Positions 56,792-64,000 of a DNA stretch of 64,000 nt are shown piece by piece (within the stretch, counting starts at the first letter, position 1; each line of letters opens with the position of its first letter). A model generated the notes under the pieces. It searched no databases. It had not been told where the DNA came from and saw only the letters and a program-made list of their open reading frames with translations. A program made the position numbers and the translations under genes. Origin of the DNA: Planctomycetales bacterium (GTDB lineage: Bacteria; Omnitrophota; Gorgyraeia; Zapsychrales; Zapsychraceae); assembly GCA_005239675.1 (NCBI GenBank), contig SBBO01000041.1, positions 3,187 through 67,186 on the forward strand. The letters are read 5' to 3'.

Positions 56792-59587
56792 ATGAAATCC
56801 GATGATATTATCATTCGTGGTGCCAAAGAACACAACCTGAAGAATGTCAATCTGACTATCCCGCGCAACGCCTTGGTGGTGGTGACCGGATTGAGCGGTT
56901 CGGGGAAATCATCGCTTGCCTTTGACACGATTTATGCCGAAGGTCAGCGTCGTTATGTGGAGAGCCTCTCGGCCTATGCCCGGCAATTTCTGGAACAGCT
57001 CCAGAAGCCTGATGTCGAGCATATCGCCGGATTATCGCCCACGATTTCTATTGAACAAAAAACAACCAGCCGCAACCCGCGTTCTACCGTCGCCACCCAA
57101 ACAGAGATTTACGATTATCTGCGCCTTTTGTTTGCTCGGGTGGGCACCCCTCATTGTTATCAATGCGGCAAGATCATTGAACGTCAGACGGTCCCTGAGA
57201 TTGTTGGGCAGATTATGGATTTAGGGGAAGGTGCCCAGACAACATTGTTGGCGCCCTTAGTGCGTGGTCGTAAGGGTGAATATCGTGACATCGGTAATCG
57301 GGTGGCCAAGGCGGGATTCGCGCGCCTGAGAATCGATGGGAAGATATACGGTGTGGAGGACCCAATTAAATTGGATAAATACCGAGCCCATCAGATCGAT
57401 GTTGTTATTGATCGTTTGAGCGTAAGACCGGCCGTTAAAAAACGGCTGACGGATTCAGTCGAGACGGCCCTTAAGATCGGTCAGGGGATCGTGATAGTCG
57501 ACTCGCCAAACCAACACGAACAACCACAGCGGATTTTTAGTGAGAACTACGCCTGCGCCGATTGTGGAATCAGCATCCCTGAGATTGAACCGCGCAATTT
57601 TTCGTTTAATTCTCCGTATGGGGCCTGTGAGGGCTGTAACGGATTGGGGACCCGTATCGAGATCGATCCTGGGCTTCTTGTCCCTGACCCAACGAGACCA
57701 TGGATTAATGCCATTGCGCCATCCCAGCGCGGACGCCGAGGGTATCTTATGTATTATCGAGCCGTCATGCGGGAATTGGCAGATCTTTACCGCGTTGAAT
57801 GCAGCCAGCCGTTTAAGGGGTTGACCAAGAAATTTAAAGATATTGTTCTAAATGGCAGCGATGATGATATCTGGGGCAGGCCTTATGAGGGGGTGATTCG
57901 TTATTTGGAACGGATGTTCCGGGAGACTGACAACGATTGGTTGAAAGATGAGATCGCCCGTTACATGTCTATCTTGCCTTGCCCGCTGTGTCAGGGGGCG
58001 CGACTAAAGAAGGAATCGCTGGCAGTCAAGATCGCTGGTTATCATATCGCTGACTTAACCGCTCTTTCCATTACACAGGTCAAGGTCTTTTTTACTGATC
58101 TTCAGCTTGTGCGTGAGAAAAAAGTCATCAGTGAATCAATTCTTAAAGAAATCCTGCGGCGGTTGAATTTTTGCATCAACGTTGGGCTAGGATACCTTAC
58201 TTTAGACCGCCGCAGTGCTACGTTGTCCGGCGGAGAGGCCGGGCGTATACGTCTGGCGACCCAAGTAGGGTCGGGCCTAGTTGGTGTAATCTATGTCTTA
58301 GATGAGCCCTCGATCGGATTGCATCAGAAGGATAACGAGCGTCTTTTATCGACTTTGCATACCTTACGGGACCTCGGCAATACGTTAATTGTCGTTGAGC
58401 ATGATGAGGCAACCATCCGTAGTGCCGATTACTTGATCGACCTGGGGCCTGGGGCGGGTGTTCACGGTGGTGAGATTGTCTATGCCGGGACAATTGCAGG
58501 GCTTTTGCAGTGCCCCCAATCTTTGACTGGACAGTATCTGAGCAGGTGCTTTCAAATTCCTATCCCTTCCCTGCGCCGTCCCTTGGATAAGGTACCATAC
58601 CTGAAGATTATCGGCGCTAAGGAGAATAATCTAAAAGATATCGATGTGGCCATTCCCTTGGGTCGATTTGTCTGCGTTACAGGCGTTTCCGGATCGGGAA
58701 AATCCACCCTGGTTGATGAGGTCTTATTTAAGGCGCTTGCCCAGAAAATTTATCATGCCAAAGACAAACCAGGCAAGCACCGCAAGATTGAAGGTATCGA
58801 GCGCATTGATAAAGTCATCGTGGTGGACCAGTCCCCTATCGGCAGGACCCCGCGCTCTAATCCGGCGACGTATACCGGCGTCTTTGGCTATATCCGCGAT
58901 ATCTTTAGTCGTCTTCCTGAGGCGAAGATACGCGGATACCGGCCGGGGCGATTTAGTTTTAACGTCAAGGGTGGTCGTTGTGAGGCCTGCCAGGGCGATG
59001 GGATTCTCAAGATTGAGATGCATTTTCTGCCGGACGTCTATGTGACCTGCGAGGTCTGCCAGGGTCAGCGGTTTAATGAACAGACACTGGCTATTCAATT
59101 TAGGGGCAAGAATATTGCTGATGTCCTCAACCAATCGGTTGAGCAGGCGTTGGAGCTCTTTGCAGATATCCCCAGGATTAAGAAGACATTGCAGACACTC
59201 TATGATGTGGGGCTTGGTTATATTTGCCTGGGTCAATCCGCCACGACCATTTCTGGTGGAGAGGCCCAGCGGGTCAAGTTGGCCAGCGAGTTGTGTAAGC
59301 TCTCGACGGGAAATACGTTCTATATTTTAGATGAGCCCACGACAGGACTGCATTTTGCAGACGTGGACAAACTCTTGCAGGTCTTGCAGCGCTTGGTGGC
59401 TAAGGGTAATACGGTCCTTGTCATTGAACATAATATGGATGTCGTTAAGAATGCCGATTATGTCATCGACTTGGGACCCGATGGGGGAGATTACGGTGGC
59501 CGGCTGGTCTTTGGCGGGACGCCTGAGGCCTTGGCTGAACATAAGACTTCCTATACAGGACAGTACCTCAAAGAATATCTCCGTTAG
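56792..59587 (+). CDS. uvrA: Excinuclease ABC subunit A
   Basis: [48 protein letters not shown], two ABC modules (second Walker [11 protein letters not shown]), and zinc modules. The start is set after the terminator that lies inside the ORF-track extension. Confidence 0.9.
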   Translation: MKSDDIIIRGAKEHNLKNVNLTIPRNALVVVTGLSGSGKSSLAFDTIYAEGQRRYVESLSAYARQFLEQLQKPDVEHIAGLSPTISIEQKTTSRNPRSTVATQTEIYDYLRLLFARVGTPHCYQCGKIIERQTVPEIVGQIMDLGEGAQTTLLAPLVRGRKGEYRDIGNRVAKAGFARLRIDGKIYGVEDPIKLDKYRAHQIDVVIDRLSVRPAVKKRLTDSVETALKIGQGIVIVDSPNQHEQPQRIFSENYACADCGISIPEIEPRNFSFNSPYGACEGCNGLGTRIEIDPGLLVPDPTRPWINAIAPSQRGRRGYLMYYRAVMRELADLYRVECSQPFKGLTKKFKDIVLNGSDDDIWGRPYEGVIRYLERMFRETDNDWLKDEIARYMSILPCPLCQGARLKKESLAVKIAGYHIADLTALSITQVKVFFTDLQLVREKKVISESILKEILRRLNFCINVGLGYLTLDRRSATLSGGEAGRIRLATQVGSGLVGVIYVLDEPSIGLHQKDNERLLSTLHTLRDLGNTLIVVEHDEATIRSADYLIDLGPGAGVHGGEIVYAGTIAGLLQCPQSLTGQYLSRCFQIPIPSLRRPLDKVPYLKIIGAKENNLKDIDVAIPLGRFVCVTGVSGSGKSTLVDEVLFKALAQKIYHAKDKPGKHRKIEGIERIDKVIVVDQSPIGRTPRSNPATYTGVFGYIRDIFSRLPEAKIRGYRPGRFSFNVKGGRCEACQGDGILKIEMHFLPDVYVTCEVCQGQRFNEQTLAIQFRGKNIADVLNQSVEQALELFADIPRIKKTLQTLYDVGLGYICLGQSATTISGGEAQRVKLASELCKLSTGNTFYILDEPTTGLHFADVDKLLQVLQRLVAKGNTVLVIEHNMDVVKNADYVIDLGPDGGDYGGRLVFGGTPEALAEHKTSYTGQYLKEYLR

Positions 59588-59619
59588 TATTAGTCTATAA
59601 AAGTTGATATAAGGAGCGC

Positions 59620-62109
59620 ATGGTGCGGCGATCAAGGATTCATTTAATCGGTATCACGGTGACCCTGGGTACTTTTCTTTGCCTGGCCCCCGCATTCGCC
59701 CAATCCGGCGAAAAAGAACTATTTCTGGTCGCCCAAAAGGCGTTTGAAGACGGATTTTACGATGTGGCGATGCGGTATATCCAACAACTTCAAGAGCAGT
59801 ATCCCCAGACACAACGGCACATCGAATCGAACATCCTTTTGGGGCAGTGTTATTTTTTTAAAGGCCAGTATCTCAAGAGCTATGAGATTTTTCATGAACT
59901 TCTCAAGGAATCTAGTTTTAAGGATGCCACGTTATTCTGGCTGGGGGAGACGTACCTTAAGGGTGGCGATTACAGTCAGGCGCAGGAACAATACCATCAG
60001 TTAATTAAGTTCTACGCGGATTCTCCATATACCCCTCAGGCCTATTATTCACTCGGATGGGTCTATTTTGAACAAAACCACCTGGAGAAATCTCAGCAGG
60101 CCTTTGCTGAGTTGTTGCAAAAATTTCCCCATCATCAGCTCGTCGAAGAGGCACATTTTAAGATCGGCGAAATCGTCTTTCAACGCAAAGATTATCAAGA
60201 CGTGATTAAGTATTTTAAGGGGTATATTGCCCAATATCCGCAGTCCATTCACCGGGCGCAGGCATATTTTTATATGGGAGAATCGTCCTATCTTTCGGAA
60301 GATTTCTTGACTGCCGTGACGTATTACGCCAAGGCCGCCGAAATGGCTTATGACCACAAGTTCACCGTGATGGCTCAGTTGGGTCTTGGCTGGAGCTATC
60401 TGAAGCTCGAGCGCCTGAAATTAGCTCAACAGTATTTTGAAGAGGCGTATACGTTAGCCCATGATCAGGGGATACTCTCTGAGGATGTCTTGTTGGGTAG
60501 GGCGAGTCTTGCGATTGCCATGAAAGACTATGAACAGGCCTTGAAGGCCTATGCGGAATTGATCGAGACCTTGCCCCATAGCAATAAAATGATTGACGCC
60601 TATTTGGGCCAAGCTAATCTTTATTATTTAAGAGAAGATTATCCCCATGCCATCCAATCTTATCAGGACACGATCGACCGATTTACATCTAATGAGGGGT
60701 CTACCGATATGTTGGACAAGGCTTATTTTGGATTGGCGTGGTCCTATCTGAAGATGGGCTACATTGATACATCCGTCAAGTATTTTGAGATTATCAAGGA
60801 CAAGACTGCCAGTAAAACGGTCAAGATTAGCGCCCTGGCTCAAATAGGAGATGCCTATCAGGATGTGGGTCACCCGGAGAAGGCCATTGAAGTGTATGAT
60901 GAGATCCTGCGGGATCACCCCGAAAGTGTTTATACGGATTATGTCCAATACCGGCAGGGAATAGCGCTCCTGAAGACTGAAAGAAACGACGCCGCTATCT
61001 TGTCCTTTCGTAGTCTTAAGACCAATTTTGTGAACAGTCGATATCTAAGCGACGCGGATTATTACCTGTCGCTGGCGTATTTTAAAAAAGGAGATTGGGG
61101 CGCGGCACGTGATCAAATCATCCAATTTATCGACCAGACGTCAAGAGATAACCCCTTTATGCCTGAGGCTTATTATATCGCGGCCTTATCTTACTTTAAT
61201 CTTCAGGACTATGGCAACGCCCTCAAGAGATTCCAATCGATTATTCAAATTTATCCCCTGGAGACAGCCTTGATTAAAAACGTTGAGATGGGTATGGCCA
61301 GATGTTATGATAAAATGGGCAATGTTCAGGAAGCGATACGGCGGTTCGTCCAGATCGTCACCACGTATCCGCAGGCAACGATCGCCCAAGAGGCGCTCAT
61401 CTGGCTGGGTGATCATTACCTGCAGCAGGCTGATTACGCAACCGCGATCGGTTATTATCGAAAGTTTATCGACGATTTTCCCGGGAGCCCAAGATTGAGT
61501 CTGGTTTTTTATGAATTAGGGCAGGCCCATCAGGCCAAAGGAGAATATAGCGATGCCCTTAATTTCTACCAACAGATCGATAATCTTGCGGGGGGAGATC
61601 TGTACGCCAGGGCCCGTTTGGCCATTGCGGATATCTTTGCGCAGGAGCTAGATACGGCATCGGCGATCGCAACTTATCGGAATATTATCGCCGCCTCGAG
61701 TGAATTTCAGCGGGACGCCTGGGGTCAATTGGCTGAGATATACAAAAAGAACGGAGAATATGAAAAGGCTATTATGGCCTATCAAAGCGCCTTGAGCGCC
61801 TCCCCAGGCTTGGGTGAGTGGAAGGATGTGGCCTTGCAGTTTGCGATTGGAGATGCATATGAACTTTTAAACAAGCGTGACAAGGCCCTTGAGGAATATC
61901 TGAAAATTTCTTATCTTTACCCGCAAGAGACGCCATGGATTGTTAAGGCGTATTTGCACGTAGGACGGATTTTTGAGGATGATGAGAAATGGGATGAGGC
62001 CAAGAAGATATATCAGAAGATAACACAGCTTAAGACCGACGAATTGAAATTCGCCCAGGAAAGGGTGGATTGGATCGACGAACATATTTTTCACACCATC
62101 AAACGATAG
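59620..62109 (+). CDS. Secreted multi-TPR protein (YbgF/CpoB-like repeats, 829 aa)
   Basis: Signal peptide IGITVTLGTFLCLAPAFAQ, then about 20 tandem TPR-like units (Y..G......G.Y..A...F..........P....A.Y). Confidence 0.7.
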   Translation: MVRRSRIHLIGITVTLGTFLCLAPAFAQSGEKELFLVAQKAFEDGFYDVAMRYIQQLQEQYPQTQRHIESNILLGQCYFFKGQYLKSYEIFHELLKESSFKDATLFWLGETYLKGGDYSQAQEQYHQLIKFYADSPYTPQAYYSLGWVYFEQNHLEKSQQAFAELLQKFPHHQLVEEAHFKIGEIVFQRKDYQDVIKYFKGYIAQYPQSIHRAQAYFYMGESSYLSEDFLTAVTYYAKAAEMAYDHKFTVMAQLGLGWSYLKLERLKLAQQYFEEAYTLAHDQGILSEDVLLGRASLAIAMKDYEQALKAYAELIETLPHSNKMIDAYLGQANLYYLREDYPHAIQSYQDTIDRFTSNEGSTDMLDKAYFGLAWSYLKMGYIDTSVKYFEIIKDKTASKTVKISALAQIGDAYQDVGHPEKAIEVYDEILRDHPESVYTDYVQYRQGIALLKTERNDAAILSFRSLKTNFVNSRYLSDADYYLSLAYFKKGDWGAARDQIIQFIDQTSRDNPFMPEAYYIAALSYFNLQDYGNALKRFQSIIQIYPLETALIKNVEMGMARCYDKMGNVQEAIRRFVQIVTTYPQATIAQEALIWLGDHYLQQADYATAIGYYRKFIDDFPGSPRLSLVFYELGQAHQAKGEYSDALNFYQQIDNLAGGDLYARARLAIADIFAQELDTASAIATYRNIIAASSEFQRDAWGQLAEIYKKNGEYEKAIMAYQSALSASPGLGEWKDVALQFAIGDAYELLNKRDKALEEYLKISYLYPQETPWIVKAYLHVGRIFEDDEKWDEAKKIYQKITQLKTDELKFAQERVDWIDEHIFHTIKR

Positions 62110-62121
62110 GAGGAGTTAACG

Positions 62122-62778
62122 ATGGAAGGTATATGGACAATGGGCGCATGGAAGGTGATTCAACTGGGCGGTCCTATTATGTGGCCCATTCTTTTGTGTT
62201 CGCTGTTTGCGCTGGGGATCGTTATCGAGAAATTCGTGTATTTTAATTTAATTAAGACTGATACCTCAGCGCTCAAGACAAAGCTCTTTGGCCTTGTCAG
62301 GGATAATAAAGTCAAAGAGGCCATTACGATTTGCGATGCCAGTCCCTCGCCTATTGCCAAGATATTCAAGGCAGGGATACTGAAATTTGGTTCAAGCCGG
62401 GAAGAAATTAGGCAAAGCATGGAAGAGGCCAGTTCATTCGAAATTCCTAAGCTGGAGACCCGCCTGGGGGCGTTGGCAACGATCGCGCACATCTCACCTT
62501 TGTTGGGTCTGCTGGGCACGGTGACCGGCATGACGACGGCCTTTCATACAATCCAGGTGCGGGCAGCATCCTTAAGTCCGGTTACGCCGGGGGATCTTGC
62601 TGGAGGGATCAGTGAAGCGCTCTTAACAACGGTGGCGGGTCTTATGGTAGCCATCCCGACCTTTGTTGCCTATAACTATTGCGTGAGCCGCGTGAACCGG
62701 TTCATCTTGGATATGGAGCATAGCGCGGTCGAGCTGGTGAACTTTATTAGTCATATCGCCGATACGGGCACGGCATAA
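62122..62778 (+). CDS. MotA/TolQ/ExbB-family proton channel
   Basis: Three-TM topology and the conserved C-terminal region ATIAHISPLLGLLGTVTGM...GGISEALLTTVAGLMVAIP. Confidence 0.85.
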   Translation: MEGIWTMGAWKVIQLGGPIMWPILLCSLFALGIVIEKFVYFNLIKTDTSALKTKLFGLVRDNKVKEAITICDASPSPIAKIFKAGILKFGSSREEIRQSMEEASSFEIPKLETRLGALATIAHISPLLGLLGTVTGMTTAFHTIQVRAASLSPVTPGDLAGGISEALLTTVAGLMVAIPTFVAYNYCVSRVNRFILDMEHSAVELVNFISHIADTGTA

Positions 62779-62806
62779 GAATGGCCAATCTTATTAGAGA
62801 AGCAGC

Positions 62807-63208
62807 ATGAAATTCAAACGATATAATAAGTTCGAGCACGGCCTGCGACAAATCGATATCGCTCCAATGATTGATTGCGTTTTTTTGCTTCTTATTTTTT
62901 TCATGCTAACATCGTCATTTACCTCTCAGTCAGGGATTCATGTGAAACTGCCCAAGGCAGTGACGAGTGATGTCCTGACAGAGGAAAACGTCGTTGTAAC
63001 GGTCACCCGCGAAAACGTCATTTATTTTAATGGAGTCGTGATCACGCTCAAGGAGTTAACCGGGAAGCTAGAAAAATTTGATTATAAAAAACAGCCCCTA
63101 TTGATTCGGGCAGATCGTAGGGCTTCGGTAGGGCGCGTCGTGGAGATCTGGGACCTGTGTAGGAACCTGGGCATTGAACGCATCCATGTTGCGACCAATC
63201 AGGATTGA
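62807..63208 (+). CDS. ExbD/TolR-family protein
   Basis: IDIAPMIDCVFLLLIFFM carries the conserved TM Asp. The periplasmic domain has LLIRADRRASVGRVVEIWDLCRNLG. Confidence 0.85.
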   Translation: MKFKRYNKFEHGLRQIDIAPMIDCVFLLLIFFMLTSSFTSQSGIHVKLPKAVTSDVLTEENVVVTVTRENVIYFNGVVITLKELTGKLEKFDYKKQPLLIRADRRASVGRVVEIWDLCRNLGIERIHVATNQD

Positions 63209-63318
63209 TATGTTTGGCCTCCGCCAGAGACGAGGGTGCAGTAAATAATTAATCCTGCCGTCTTGACTTCTTTACGATTGAAGCGATGTCGGGGAGTTTT
63301 AGTTGAAGGATTGATTTC

Positions 63319-63798
63319 ATGAGCGGTTGTCCTGCGGCGGTGCGTTATCTTCCTCTTCAGTCATTATTCTTGTCGATTTTTATCCATCTGATGATCTTTA
63401 GCATCTTTGTGTTCACATTTCCGGTGTCATCGATTAGTTTTAAACCAACATTGATTTTTTTGGGATCCATCTTGCATGAGGAAGACCTAACCACCCTATA
63501 TGGATTGGCCGATGGGGACAATACCCCTGCCCAAGAGGTATTAAGCGCTGCTCATGAGGAGTTGTTCGTTTCCTCCCATGAGATGATCAGCCGACCGTTC
63601 GGGAAGATTATCGAACAAAAATTCGTTTTTCTGCCCTCTGGGGACAAGAACCAAGTTGCCACCCATGCAAAGCCAACGATGAAAACCACGTTTCCTTTGC
63701 CTGTCCTGGACGCTTCATCGCAGGCGCCTGCCGCTACAGATTCATGGGACGACCATGAAGCAGTGCCTTACAAGCCGTTGAGGCTTCCCGAACGATGA
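63319..63798 (+). CDS. Membrane protein in the TolA/TonB position (no recognisable TonB C-terminal domain)
   Basis: One N-terminal TM (LFLSIFIHLMIFSIFVFTF), 159 aa. It follows exbB/exbD-like genes on the same strand. Confidence 0.4.
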   Translation: MSGCPAAVRYLPLQSLFLSIFIHLMIFSIFVFTFPVSSISFKPTLIFLGSILHEEDLTTLYGLADGDNTPAQEVLSAAHEELFVSSHEMISRPFGKIIEQKFVFLPSGDKNQVATHAKPTMKTTFPLPVLDASSQAPAATDSWDDHEAVPYKPLRLPER

Positions 63799-64000
63799 TC
63801 ACCATTGATATCTTTCTTGCCCTAGCCATCTTTTTATCTGTCGCCTTAGGTATTGTATTTTTCGCGTGGATATTCTATAATTATTTTAATGAAAAGACTA
63901 AGACCGGCGTCATGGGATCCGTCCATCAGTGTCCCTATTGTACGCATGTCTTTGTCAATTATAAAGAGCAAGGGGCCTGCGTGTGCCCACAGTGTCGCAG
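63795..64000 (+). CDS. Membrane-anchored zinc-ribbon protein, 3'-truncated by the window edge
   Basis: ATG 63795 overlaps the preceding stop (ATGA). The sequence reads MITIDIFLALAIFLSVALGIVFFAWIFY...CPYC...CVCPQC and is open to the end of the window. It is not in the ORF track. Confidence 0.45.
   Translation, partial: MITIDIFLALAIFLSVALGIVFFAWIFYNYFNEKTKTGVMGSVHQCPYCTHVFVNYKEQGACVCPQCR

Overview
The window is gene-dense and mostly co-directional. It looks like an uncultivated-type diderm bacterium, since LPS-core glycosyltransferases, gmhB, an AsmA-like protein, Tol/Exb-like genes and a GspG-type pseudopilin are present. The lineage cannot be established from sequence alone. I saw no rRNA, tRNA, CRISPR array or transposase.

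Layout:
- 1-6282: 3' part of a giant LamG/Ig-repeat surface protein, followed by a hydrolase gene.
- 7382-24496: a 17-kb same-strand accessory array. It encodes a secreted protein, a diguanylate cyclase carrying two more copies of the same periplasmic module, a six-gene F-type ATPase-like operon, and a type II secretion / type IV filament cluster (GspE, F, G, three minor pseudopilins, a PilM-PilN fusion, PilO-like, and a coiled-coil protein).
- 24528-64000: housekeeping genes. These are lacI-family, queE-queF, rph, rdgB, asmA-like, an LPS/glycolipid glycosyltransferase block, menBACE plus thioesterase, a 15-kb argCJBDFGH-lysA-dapFABL-folK-panC-nadX run, a small basic repeat protein, uvrA, and a TPR/TolQ/TolR-like cluster.

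Main candidate for an undescribed system: the ATPase operon.
- It has no a-subunit (stator channel) gene.
- Its c-subunit homologue has no membrane carboxylate.
- Its epsilon lacks the inhibitory C-terminal helices, and b is fused to a delta-like domain.
- Alpha and beta keep their catalytic motifs.
- It sits with short gaps and no visible terminator between a c-di-GMP synthase and a GspE ATPase whose N-terminus carries tandem MshEN-type c-di-GMP-binding motifs.

Secondary sequence-level oddities:
- eight tandem heptanucleotide repeats just upstream of a minor pseudopilin gene that lacks a canonical start codon;
- a duplicated 10-bp-stem palindrome bracketing the promoter region of the array.

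All functional calls come from motif reading by eye; no database search was possible.
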